A stretch of DNA of 64,000 bases from Candidatus Bathyarchaeota archaeon (GCA_963707955.1 OY970176.1:1088001-1152000); one strand, 5' to 3'. Shown: positions 29,284-38,135, counted from the stretch's first letter. Notes: generated by a model not told the origin, from the letters alone. Numbers and translations: made by a program.

Positions 29284-30447
29284 ATGAAGACAGAGGAGAT
29301 CATCGAACAGATCCGCGCGGCATGTCCATGGATTTCAACAGACCAAATTCTGAACAGACTTGACAAAGAAAAACGGAAAACTGGCGGCTTCATTTCAGAC
29401 GAAACCCTTCTGAGCATGATTGCCGCCGAGTTCGGCTGCGCGATCTCAAGGGGTGAGAACCCTGTACCTTCGCTGTCGCTGGCAGACCTTATTCCTGGTC
29501 TAAATAATGTGACCGCTGTTGGACGCGTTCTGGCAACGTTCTCTCCTAAAGCCTTTGAGGGAACAAGAAAAGGAAAGTTTGCAAGCCTGCTCATCGCTGA
29601 CAAGAGCTGCATCTTACGAGTTGTCTTGTGGAACGATAAGACGAGCCTGCTTGAATCTGGCGAAATAAGTGCAGGTCAGGTTGTGCGGTTTTCTCACGGC
29701 TACACACGAGAAGACCTCAGCAGAAAAGTAGAACTGCACGTTGGAGACAAATGCGAGGTTGAGGTCAATCCACAAGGGTTGGAAACGAAGGATTACCCCG
29801 GCATCGGAAAATTTGTGACAGCAATCGGGGAACTGAACGCAAGCCACAAGAACAAGAGAATAAACATCATCGGCACCGTCAAGAAAACGTTTCCTGCGTC
29901 AAGTTTTCAGAGGGGAGACTCAAGTCAGGGAAGAGTAATGCGTTTTGTGTTAAGCGGCCACACGGGTGAGGTCCCAGTCGTGGCTTGGAACGAAAAGGCT
30001 GTTGAACTAGAAAAAACGCTTCTGGTCGGCGCCAGACTAAAAATAGTGAATGCAAAGGTCAAAAAAGCCCTAGGAACAGAAGGGCTAGAAGTTCACGTTG
30101 ATGCTGCTGCTCACGCAGGTCCACTGACGCAGGATGAGGAGCTCTTGAGCATAGCCGATCTGAAAGATGGCCAGAACGGTTTTGCAGTTGAAGGGGAAGT
30201 CGCCACGAAGCCCACGCTTAGAGATGTAAAAACTGCTAAGGGAGAACTTCTGAAACTCGCAACGTTCGAACTCAAGGATGAAACCGGCAGAATATGTGTC
30301 TCTGCATGGCGAAAACAAGCAGAAATCGCCGGTCGGCTCAAGCTGGGTGACAAGATAATCGTCAAAGACGCCTACGCAAAAAAGGGGTTCGGCGACCAAC
30401 TCGAAATATCAACGAGAGCCCACACATCCATTACAATCCTTCAATGA
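29284..30447 (+). CDS. rpa: replication protein A-like multi-OB-fold ssDNA-binding protein
   Basis: three OB folds (D.S..LRVVLW, TGEVPVVAW, DETGRI.VSAW). Confidence 0.85.
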   Translation: MKTEEIIEQIRAACPWISTDQILNRLDKEKRKTGGFISDETLLSMIAAEFGCAISRGENPVPSLSLADLIPGLNNVTAVGRVLATFSPKAFEGTRKGKFASLLIADKSCILRVVLWNDKTSLLESGEISAGQVVRFSHGYTREDLSRKVELHVGDKCEVEVNPQGLETKDYPGIGKFVTAIGELNASHKNKRINIIGTVKKTFPASSFQRGDSSQGRVMRFVLSGHTGEVPVVAWNEKAVELEKTLLVGARLKIVNAKVKKALGTEGLEVHVDAAAHAGPLTQDEELLSIADLKDGQNGFAVEGEVATKPTLRDVKTAKGELLKLATFELKDETGRICVSAWRKQAEIAGRLKLGDKIIVKDAYAKKGFGDQLEISTRAHTSITILQ

Positions 30448-30479
30448 CACCGACTTCGGTGGCAACGGAGCACTCTTAG

Positions 30480-30496
30480 TGGTGTCGGGGGCGGGG
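30480..30496 (-). repeat. degenerate copy of tRNA-Met 3' end (att remnant)
   Basis: tggtgtcgggggcgggg vs tRNA tggtgccgggggcggga (32150-32166). Confidence 0.65.
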
Positions 30497-30684
30497 TATC
30501 AGCCCCAATTTACCAGTAAAGGCATGCCTATTTATCTTGGCGATAGTTCGAAATTCTCACGAGCTACCAACAAACCGCAGTCAGGGTATTGTTCAGACTT
30601 CAGGGTCAATAATGGCGTTGGAGATTAGGTTTGGGTTTATGGTCAAATGGAGACTTCTGTGCATCTTCTTCTGCTATGTCAAAT

Positions 30685-30954
30685 CTAAAACAATTTTGAA
30701 AAATCGTCATAGACCTTCTTCCTATGCCCAATAAACAGTACTACAACTTGTCCTTTGGTTCTGTCAATTTCGTAGATTGCACGGTAATCCCCTACTCTGA
30801 GGCTCCAGAAGTTGGAGTGCCTCAGAATTTTCCCAACTCTTTCAGGATTACGCTTCAAATCCCTTAATCTTTCTACTATTCTGGTTTTTGTCGAGTCCTC
30901 AATTTTTTCAAGTTCTTTGGCCGCTTTCGGATGCAAGAGTACAGAGAAAACCAC
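30685..30954 (-). CDS. relE: RelE/ParE family toxin
   Basis: A.KELEK, LRVGDYRAIYEID, IGHRK.VY. Confidence 0.93.
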   Translation of the reverse strand: MVFSVLLHPKAAKELEKIEDSTKTRIVERLRDLKRNPERVGKILRHSNFWSLRVGDYRAIYEIDRTKGQVVVLFIGHRKKVYDDFSKLF

Positions 30955-31172
30955 TACAATTCCTCAAGTGGAATGAGGGACTTAGGATGTTTCTTTGCTT
31001 CTTCGCTACGTCTCGTCAGCATTTTAAGGAATTCGCGCGTCTTTTCGCGTTCCTCATAGAAGTCTAGTATTGTCTTTATGGCGTCACTTCGGCTTTTGAA
31101 CCTACCCTCTGCTACCCACTTGTCTATTTCCTCAAGCATTTTTCCCGGTAATCTAAGCTGAACTTGAGTCAA
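30954..31172 (-). CDS. ribbon-helix-helix (CopG-type) antitoxin
   Basis: VQLRLP...EID.WV.EG.F.SRSDAI; overlaps the toxin start. Confidence 0.9.
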   Translation of the reverse strand: MTQVQLRLPGKMLEEIDKWVAEGRFKSRSDAIKTILDFYEEREKTREFLKMLTRRSEEAKKHPKSLIPLEEL

Positions 31173-31181
31173 CAGCCCACC

Positions 31182-31199
31182 GTAAACAATACTGTTTAC
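31182..31199. promoter_or_regulatory. palindromic operator of the RHH-RelE TA operon
   Basis: GTAAACA-atac-TGTTTAC 9 bp upstream of the antitoxin start, next to a TATA-like CTTAAG. Confidence 0.7.
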
Positions 31200-31532
31200 A
31201 AAACACTTAAGCCTTTCTCGTCAAAAGCTACCACGAATAGGACAATTAACGAGAGTGAAGACACGACATGAGCTTCACAAGAAACCTATTAGTTCTGGAC
31301 CAATAGTTGATTCCATATTCCTCGATTCTGCTCAGTTAGAACCTTCACATTTCAAGCGTAAACCGAGGTTCTTCGTCTTACAGCAGGCCCATTCTTGCTC
31401 CTGATACTAAGGAATACACCGACGCTATTTATAGTGAAGAACAGGACAAAGAACAAAACGTAGCTAGCCCAAGATGCACATACGAGGCTTCCTCACCAAA
31501 ACTAGCCTAGAAAAAAGCCCTAGATAGTGAAA

Positions 31533-31553
31533 TGGTGCCGGGGGGCGGGATTC
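31533..31553 (-). repeat. copy of tRNA-Met 3' end (att remnant)
   Basis: tggtgccggggggcgggattc equals tRNA 32150-32169 with one extra G. Confidence 0.85.
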
Positions 31554-31709
31554 TGAGATGTGACCTCCGGATTTGTCCTTCTTGCCGTTATGTTGAGTAA
31601 CAGCATTTCATATCTTTTTGATGCTATTAGTTTATTAGGGAACTGGCATGACAGACGGAAACTGTGGGAGCATGTTCGCGGAGCTCAGCCAGATACGCAA
31701 GAATCTCAG

Positions 31710-31924
31710 ATGTGTATGCAACGCTGAAGACTCCTGATGAAGTTTATGAGGATGTTGATCATGAAACGCTAGTGACTATCAAGAAAGTTAACGCTCGCTT
31801 CATTATCGTCGTCTACAGGTAGGAAGACGGAGTCGCTAGGGTTATTACGCTCTACTACACTACTAAACTTGACAGACTCATTAGAGCAAAGATGGTGAGG
31901 GGCGCATGGAAGACGACAAAGTAA
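31710..31924 (+). pseudogene. DUF4258/BrnT-like toxin pseudogene
   Basis: DVYATLKTPDEVYED...IIVVYR*EDGVARVITLYYTTK...GAW; in-frame TAG at 31820; 5' end degraded. Confidence 0.7.
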
Positions 31925-32120
31925 GAGCATGGTACGACAAGTCAGTGGACATTTTTTACCTGCTCTTCAAAGAAGGACCAAGCCACGAAGTCATCGAAGC
32001 CGACCCCGACGTGCACCTAGAACTGGACGAAAACGGCAAAATCATGGGAATAGAAATCTGGAACGCAGGAAAAAGCGGCTCATAAAGCAAGTGGCAAAAG
32101 CCATAGCCGAAACAGCCTGA
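31906..32120 (+). pseudogene. DUF2283 antitoxin, frameshifted near the 3' end
   Basis: WYDKSVDIFYL...LELDENGKIMGIEIWNA; stop at 32085, C-terminus LIKQVAKAIAETA in another frame. Confidence 0.8.
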
Positions 32121-32149
32121 AAGAAACGCAAGACTAAGTATTCCTTTTT

Positions 32150-32264
32150 TGGTGCCGGGGGCGGGATTCGAGCCCGCGACCTCTGGACATCAGGCGCTCA
32201 ATGCCCCGTTCTTTGTTCTCCAGATTATGAGTCTGGCGCCCTGGCCAGGCTAGGCTACCCCGGC
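32150..32264 (-). tRNA. tRNA-Met(CAT), elongator type, with 37-nt intron at 45/46 (32181-32217); CCA encoded
   Basis: GCCGGGG acceptor, CCAGA-CTCATAA-TCTGG anticodon arm, T arm GCGGG-CTCGAAT-CCCGC; relaxed BHB CTGG/CCAG with AGA/AGG bulges. Confidence 0.9.
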
Positions 32265-32673
32265 TGTCCTGCCTTGGCAATTTGGATTAGCTAAGCCTTG
32301 ATTTAAGGGTATTTGGTTCTTCGCTTTTCCCGAAACCGTTTATCTATGTTTGCTTCTGAGACGGCTTTTGCCCCCGTTTGAAGTCACTGTTCTTGGTGGA
32401 CACTGCTGGCTCTGCAGATTGTCGCTTAAGGTTTTCTTTTTTTGGGAATATTGCGATCACAGAATAAATCATTCTTTATTCGGTTAACAGAATTCGTTAC
32501 AAAACGAGCCTGATTCTTGAGCTATAGCACAATTCCAGCCTAAACCGAGTCCCCCCACCCTTTCACGTTCAATTAGGCCACGAATGTCACCGCTCAGTCC
32601 TTGCACTATGGAGCGGCGAAATTGGGACCCTAGAGGGACCCTTCAGTCTAAGTTTTCCGCTCGTAGCTTTCTT

Positions 32674-32895
32674 TCAGCTTACAAGATATTTATCTAAATA
32701 TTTCCTTAGGAGTCTATATTCTTCTTTCATGAAATATGGGTTTATTGCTGGGTCAAGTGCTCGATTTCTCGCTGGGTCAAGTTCTGGGTTAGTTTGTGGA
32801 TTAAGTTCGAGATTGCTGTCTGGGTCAAGTGCTGGATAGAGTGATGGTGAAGTTTTTTTTATTTTTTTCAGAAACTCGTCAAGTAGTGTTGCCAT
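32674..32895 (-). CDS. small protein with four 8-residue (N/Y)xxL(D/N)Pxx repeats
   Basis: YPALDPDS-NLELNPQT-NPELDPAR-NRALDPAI-NP; preceded by the repeated leader with GAGGT SD. Confidence 0.6.
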   Translation of the reverse strand: MATLLDEFLKKIKKTSPSLYPALDPDSNLELNPQTNPELDPARNRALDPAINPYFMKEEYRLLRKYLDKYLVS

Positions 32896-32951
32896 GTCTT
32901 TTTGAACCTCTAATTTGTCTTCTGTCGCTGTGCAGATTTAAAGTTGCTGTC
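32896..32951 (-). repeat. repeated promoter/leader element, copy A
   Basis: rc: gacagcaactttaaatctgcacagcgacagaagacaaattagaggttcaaaaagac-ATG. Confidence 0.75.
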
Positions 32952-32993
32952 TTCTTTATACTGCATGACTTAGGCTAGAAAAAGAGAGTGGGT

Positions 32994-33512
32994 TTAGTAG
33001 TAGTATGTTATGGTTACGTTTGCTGTCTCTGTCAAAGGTGGATTAGGGTCAAAGAAATATACAACAAAGCCTGAAGGCAGGACAGGGAAAATTGCCGTTC
33101 CATTGTTGCCCAAGTTAAAATCATTTTGATACCTCAGAATTGGATAATAGTCCCAGACAACCGTGATGGTAACTGTCTCATTAAGTGTTGAGGAAACTTG
33201 GACAGAAACGTATCCTGCATATGGTGTGCTTTCCTCCAGACTTGCGGGTTCAACTGTGGGGAATGTGGATACTGTTCCATTATACAAGGTCGCAGATTCA
33301 CTGAGGTTGAGAACACCCATCAAATTATTCATTTGATTTTGCAGATTTGTATTGTTAGCTTGCAGTTGCTTGTTTTGGTTTTGGAGATTGTTATAGCTGT
33401 TTTGTGCTGATATGCCAGTTATCGAAAAGTATGCTATAACAGCTATCAAGAGAATGCAGATTATTCCTAATGAAATAGCCACACTTCTTCTAACCATTTT
33501 CTTTTCACTCAT
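32994..33512 (-). CDS. membrane-anchored surface protein (signal anchor, N/Q coiled coil, beta-sandwich)
   Basis: N-terminal TM, NLQNQ heptads, AGYVSVQV...GTAIFPVLP beta domain. Confidence 0.8.
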   Translation of the reverse strand: MSEKKMVRRSVAISLGIICILLIAVIAYFSITGISAQNSYNNLQNQNKQLQANNTNLQNQMNNLMGVLNLSESATLYNGTVSTFPTVEPASLEESTPYAGYVSVQVSSTLNETVTITVVWDYYPILRYQNDFNLGNNGTAIFPVLPSGFVVYFFDPNPPLTETANVTITYYY

Positions 33513-33572
33513 TTTTGAACCCCTAGTTTGTTCTATATTGCTATGCGGAGATTAAGATTTTGCCTTTTGAGG
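33513..33572 (-). repeat. repeated promoter/leader element, copy B
   Basis: rc: cctcaaaaggcaaaatcttaatctccgcatagcaatatagaacaaactaggggttcaaaa-ATGAGTGAA. Confidence 0.8.
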
Positions 33573-33652
33573 TAAAAAATCGAAACAAATCTAAAAATAC
33601 GGATTAGTTCTGCAAAATCGTTATATTTCATTCAGGAAGTCTATTCTGAGAA

Positions 33653-34141
33653 GTGCTCGGATTGAAAGCTGTTGAATCAAAACTAATAAGCGAGCTTATG
33701 AAGGACAGTCGAAGAAGTGACAGAGAACTAGCTAGGTCTATAGGCGTTTCTCAACCGACAGTCACAAGATTAAGGGCTAGACTCGAAAAAGAAAAAGTCA
33801 TAAGAGAATACACTGTGATACCAGACTTTCAGAAATTGGGGTTTAAAATCTTGGCGATAACCTCTCTTGCCATGGTTAAAGAACCTGATTCGAAAGAGTT
33901 TGAAAGGGCACTAGGCACTTTCTCAAATATTCTAATGTTTGAAAGGGGCTTAGGCTTGAAGTCTTCGCATATGGTCGTTTCGCTTCATGAAGACTTCTCT
34001 TCCTATGCAGAATTTAAAAGAAAACTTGAAAAGAATGAGTTTTGGGAAGTGACGCATTCGGCAAGTTTCTTAGTGAATCTCAATGAAGATTCTGGTTTTC
34101 TGTCATTCTCAAATTTAGCAAAAGAGTTAGTGAAGATGTAG
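33653..34141 (+). CDS. Lrp/AsnC family transcriptional regulator
   Basis: L.KDSRRSDRELA..IGVSQPTV.R...LEKE.VI.EYT.IPD..KLG. Confidence 0.9.
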   Translation: MLGLKAVESKLISELMKDSRRSDRELARSIGVSQPTVTRLRARLEKEKVIREYTVIPDFQKLGFKILAITSLAMVKEPDSKEFERALGTFSNILMFERGLGLKSSHMVVSLHEDFSSYAEFKRKLEKNEFWEVTHSASFLVNLNEDSGFLSFSNLAKELVKM

Positions 34142-34168
34142 AAATTCTCTCTTGTCATCTTCACTCAT

Positions 34169-34252
34169 TCTTTAACCTCTAGTTTGTTCTATATTGCTGT
34201 GCAGATTAAAGATTTCTGTCTTTGAGGTTTTGCGGAAAAGTTATAGCTGAAC
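34169..34252 (-). repeat. repeated promoter/leader element, copy C (full length, includes GCTATAACTTTTCCGCAAAA)
   Basis: rc: ttcagctataacttttccgcaaaacctcaaagacagaaatctttaatctgcacagcaatatagaacaaactagaggttaaaga-ATGAGTGAA; following ORF is only 13 codons. Confidence 0.85.
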
Positions 34253-34270
34253 CGAAAGTAACTTTGTGGA

Positions 34271-34834
34271 TTGGTGTTCGGATTGCTTGAAGGTAAGACG
34301 GTAAATCTGAGGATTGCTGAGAAGGAAGACCTGGATTTCATAGGCGAACATGCTAATGACATTAATTGTATGGGTGAGTACTGGTCTAATATTGAACAGG
34401 TTTCAAAGTCTGAATTAATGAAAGGATATGACAATCCTTCAAACTTGGTCATCTTACTTGAGGCTAAGAAGTTTATCATTCAGAAGAAAGATGGGACTAG
34501 GATAGGGGAGATTCGTCATTTTCTAGATTTACCCCACCAATTGATGGAGCTTGCTTGCTGGTTGGTGCCGAGTGAAAGGAAGAAAGGATATGCAACCGAA
34601 GCAACTCGGTTGATGGTTGACTATCTGTTTCTGTCAAGAGAACTTGCGAGGATTCAGGCAATAGTTGACGTAAGACACATAGCATCTCAGAGAGTTTTGG
34701 AAAAAGCAGGTTTCCAGAGAGAGGGGACGATGAGAGATGAAACCTTCGACAGAGGAGAATGGAGAGATTTCTACCTCTACAGCATTCTTAGAAGAGAGTG
34801 GAAAGAACCAAAGATACTGACAAAAACCGCTTGA
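34271..34834 (+). CDS. GNAT N-acetyltransferase (RimJ/RimL type)
   Basis: LEG..V.LR, R.KGYATEA, ASQRVLEKAGF..EG..R. Confidence 0.92.
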   Translation: MVFGLLEGKTVNLRIAEKEDLDFIGEHANDINCMGEYWSNIEQVSKSELMKGYDNPSNLVILLEAKKFIIQKKDGTRIGEIRHFLDLPHQLMELACWLVPSERKKGYATEATRLMVDYLFLSRELARIQAIVDVRHIASQRVLEKAGFQREGTMRDETFDRGEWRDFYLYSILRREWKEPKILTKTA

Positions 34835-35044
34835 AACACTGAGTAGCTTTTTTCTGTTCTGAGCCTTCCCTTTTTCTGTTTCGGAATAGCTCAAGGCTCG
34901 GAATAACGCCTTTTTAATCAGTTGATTAACTAATTCATTTTGAGGCATGAAAAGCGGTGTCTTGATAAATACTATATTCGCTATTTTGGCGAATAGAGTA
35001 TTATATATTAATATACCCTGTATGCCTTAAGAAGGCACAGCAAG

Positions 35045-35353
35045 ATGTTGAAAAAAACGGAGATAGGCGAGCACACCGACCAAGATGAAGAGACCGACAT
35101 AAGAGAGAAGATAGAAATCACCCTGCGCAGGCTGCAAGAATTGAAAGGAAGAGTGGCGGAACTGAAACGCAGATGCGAAGAACTCCGACAGATGGAGTTA
35201 GAGCACACGGAACAGGAAGCCGTGGAAAACACGCTGCTGTGTGATAAGTGTGGACGCGCGTTGGACCCAGAGCAGCAAGTTGCGGTCAAAGATTCTGACG
35301 GCGTGGAGCGAAGCCACTACCACAAAGAGTGCTTCCAGACATTATTCAAGTGA
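35045..35353 (+). CDS. coiled-coil protein with C-terminal CxxC...HxxC zinc finger
   Basis: CDKCG...YHKECF; upstream TATATATTAA TATA-like box. Confidence 0.7.
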   Translation: MLKKTEIGEHTDQDEETDIREKIEITLRRLQELKGRVAELKRRCEELRQMELEHTEQEAVENTLLCDKCGRALDPEQQVAVKDSDGVERSHYHKECFQTLFK

Positions 35354-35379
35354 CAAGGCTCAGTTCGAGAACGGAAAAT

Positions 35380-36087
35380 CTATTCTTTCTCCAGCTTCTC
35401 TACGCCAGAACTCTTTCCAACGTACACTATGTCTGCCATTCCAACAAAGAGCCCCGTTTCCACAACTCCTGAAACAGCTTTTAGGTCTCGCGCCAAGTCA
35501 GCAGGCCTGCGTATGAGTCCAAAATCCACGTCGAGGATCACGTTGCCGTTGTCCGTTATGACGGGCCCAACCTTTCCCGTCCCTTCCCTGATAATAGGCG
35601 TTCCACCGATCTCTTTCAGTCTGCGTATCACGAAAGGCACTGCGAAAGGCAGCACTTCTATCGGCACTGGCTGACCGTTTTCACCGAGTACTCTAACCTT
35701 TTTACTCGCATCTGCAACGATGATGTTCTGTTTGGAGGCGCAGGCAACAATCTTCTCGCGCGTAAGGGCCCCGCCCATCCCTTTGATCAGGTTCAGGTGC
35801 GCATCAACCTGGTCTGCACCGTCAATCGTCACATCCAACACAGGGTGCTCATCAAGCGTCGTTATTGGAATCCGATGCTTGACGGCAAACATGAAAGCCT
35901 GGTACGATGTTGGGACGCCGAGAACGTGCAGTTTCTTGCGCGCAATTTCGTTTCCGATCTCTTCGATAGCGTAAGCCGCTGTGCTTCCGCTTCCCAAGCC
36001 CACGATGAAACCGTCTTTCACGTGTTTGACGGCTTCCAAGGTCGCCATTTTCTTGGCCTTTTCAGCCCATTCGCTCTTAGGATTCAA
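35380..36087 (-). CDS. rpiA: ribose-5-phosphate isomerase A
   Basis: GLGSGST, DGADQVD, IKGMGGALTREK, TDNGN, GVVETGLF. Confidence 0.97.
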   Translation of the reverse strand: MNPKSEWAEKAKKMATLEAVKHVKDGFIVGLGSGSTAAYAIEEIGNEIARKKLHVLGVPTSYQAFMFAVKHRIPITTLDEHPVLDVTIDGADQVDAHLNLIKGMGGALTREKIVACASKQNIIVADASKKVRVLGENGQPVPIEVLPFAVPFVIRRLKEIGGTPIIREGTGKVGPVITDNGNVILDVDFGLIRRPADLARDLKAVSGVVETGLFVGMADIVYVGKSSGVEKLEKE

Positions 36088-36775
36088 TCTCCATCTGTCC
36101 CAGCCTGTCTAGAACCTTTTCCACTTCTGACCGGATTTCCTCTATCCTTTTTTCAGCTTCAGTCCTTGGAGTGGCCTTGGCCGGCGCTTGTTTCTTCTTT
36201 CTCTTAGCCTTTTCCTCGGCGCCAGCTTTCTCCTCCGAACCCGATGTCTCAGCTTCCGCAGTTCTAGGTCCGACAGCTATCTCCTTTATCGGTCTTACCT
36301 CTGTTTTGGACCGCAGTTCATCGATTTTTGAAGTGAGTTCGTCGAAGCGGTCGCTGAACAGTTTCATCAAGTCTTCCTGCATAGTTTCAAGCTCATGCAG
36401 AGCAACTAGAGACTCGTCCTTCGAAATAGCGTCCTTCACAGTCATCATTCTGGACTTGTACGTCTGTGCAAGTCTCTCCCTCTCTTCCTCGGTTATTTTT
36501 CCTTCGGCATGAGCCTCGTACAGCCTTCGGATAGCGTCGCTTAAGATTTCCCTCTCCAAGTCCAGTATTCGCAGCTCGTCCCTAGCGTGTGAAGCATCTT
36601 CTGTTTGAACACTCTTAACGACCTTGAAGGGGTAGCCTCTAAGTTCAGGCGGAACTATTGCCTCTTTGGAGATTCTCTCCTTCTTCGGCCGCCTTCTCAT
36701 CCCGAAAATCACGATCACACAGACGATAATTGCCCCTACTGTGATCAACGTGATGGTTATGGGATCAAGGGGCAA
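36077..36775 (-). CDS. membrane-anchored coiled-coil hypothetical protein
   Basis: N-terminal TM plus basic stop-transfer, long helices, EGKITEEE motif; overlaps rpiA start. Confidence 0.8.
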   Translation of the reverse strand: MPLDPITITLITVGAIIVCVIVIFGMRRRPKKERISKEAIVPPELRGYPFKVVKSVQTEDASHARDELRILDLEREILSDAIRRLYEAHAEGKITEEERERLAQTYKSRMMTVKDAISKDESLVALHELETMQEDLMKLFSDRFDELTSKIDELRSKTEVRPIKEIAVGPRTAEAETSGSEEKAGAEEKAKRKKKQAPAKATPRTEAEKRIEEIRSEVEKVLDRLGQMEIES

Positions 36776-36896
36776 TACCCAATTCCCTCTCTATCTTCTT
36801 TGCTTACTGTCCATATATAAATTGTTTAATCGAAGCGCACGGAACGTTCCGCCCCAGAGCAAAAAAGATTTCAGCCGAGACTATCAGTTTCCACTG

Positions 36897-37140
36897 TTAT
36901 TTGACGAGGACGCCGACGAGCTTAACCCTCTCAACAACGTCATCTCCGTGAGGCGCGAGCGCCATCTCTTCCGTCAAGTCTCTCCCAGACCGCGTGCTCA
37001 CCCTGATGGTCACCTCCTGCCCAAAGAAAATCATCAGTGACATCGTAGACCTTGCCTTTGTAAGCTATGTAAGCCGGCCTTCCATCCTTCCCATCATAGT
37101 TCCTCAGCTCTTCCAGCGTGAACTTTCTCTCAGCACTCAT
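36897..37140 (-). pseudogene. cytochrome b5-like heme/steroid-binding protein, +1 frameshift (possibly a sequencing artefact)
   Basis: FTLEEL..YDGKDGRPAYIAYKGKVYDVT..H; resumes as GRDLTEEMALAPHGDDVVERVKLVG after the shift at 36987-36991. Confidence 0.85.
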
Positions 37141-37223
37141 GACATCATCGCTCTGACGAATTAGACGAGCGAAGGTTATTTGAGATTTTCGGACCGAAGC
37201 AGAGGACCGCCATGAAAGAAACA

Positions 37224-37301
37224 TGGAGCCTCGGGCGGGATTTGAACCCGCGACCCCCGCCTTACCAAGGCGGAGCCCCAACCGAGCTAGGCTACCGAGG
37301 C
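37224..37301 (-). tRNA. tRNA-Thr(GGT), CCA encoded
   Basis: GCCTCGG acceptor; CCGCC-TTGGTAA-GGCGG; GCGGG-TTCAAAT-CCCGC. Confidence 0.95.
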
Positions 37302-37404
37302 ACGTGCGCACACCCTATTAGTGACGAACGGTTTTTTATGTTTTGAGGCTTCCGGAACCCTGCAGGCCAAGAGCCGATCCTTGTAGCAGACGCAGAAAGG
37401 AATA

Positions 37405-37776
37405 ATGCAGCCGCATTCAGGTTTGGAAGTCATTATTTGCAAGTGTTATAGTCTTGTAATGATTCAACATGTGCCCACACCGCCATACTCTTACCAGTGG
37501 TACTTGGGCACGAACCCCTATCCAAGCGCAACGTTGGCCTCATGGACTTTTACTCCACCATCAGTCGGCATTTACTTTGTGTACTTAAACGTAACAGACT
37601 TCAGAGGCCGAATAGCCATATCCAACACTGCTAGAGTCGTCGTAACTTCCCTCCCAGTCGGAGGGTACTCCGTTTCGCTGGAGAGAACAACGTCAACACT
37701 TCCGATCTTCTGCTACGGCGCACTCATCGCAGCCTTTGGAGCTACAACAACCATAATCAGACGCAAGAAGAAGTGA
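37405..37776 (+). CDS. C-terminal fragment of a surface protein (PKD-like domain + PVGG-TM-basic tail), probably truncated
   Basis: PPYSYQWYL, G.YFVYLNVTD, PVGGYS, hydrophobic helix, RRKKK; no signal peptide. Confidence 0.6.
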   Translation: MQPHSGLEVIICKCYSLVMIQHVPTPPYSYQWYLGTNPYPSATLASWTFTPPSVGIYFVYLNVTDFRGRIAISNTARVVVTSLPVGGYSVSLERTTSTLPIFCYGALIAAFGATTTIIRRKKK

Positions 37777-38017
37777 CAGCTCCAATCGCTCCAGAACGAT
37801 GCTGCTTTCGTAGCGAGAACAAACCAAGCAGAGACGAAGCCCAAATTTCTCAAGAAACCTGTCGACAGCCAGCCTAAATGGTGCCTCGTCATATGGCTGA
37901 TGATTTTTGACTCTTCGCTTGCAACGCAGACCGTTTCTTGGGCTGCAAGAATTCCTGAGCTCTACAACTAAACAAATATAAAAGAAACTACAGTTTCACC
38001 ATCTGAAGACCACCATT

Positions 38018-38135
38018 GCGGGGGTGTCCGAGTCTGGCCAAAGGAGACAGGCTTAGGAAAGCGTCGACGTTGAACGAGCTTTATGAAACCTGTTGCCGCA
38101 GGGCTGCGTGGGTTCAAACCCCATCCCCCGCACCA
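38018..38135 (+). tRNA. tRNA-Leu(TAG) with 30-nt canonical 37/38 intron (38058-38087), CCA encoded
   Basis: GCGGGGG acceptor; ACAGG-CTTAGG^A-CCTGT; long variable arm; AAGC/GCTT intron helix. Confidence 0.93.
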
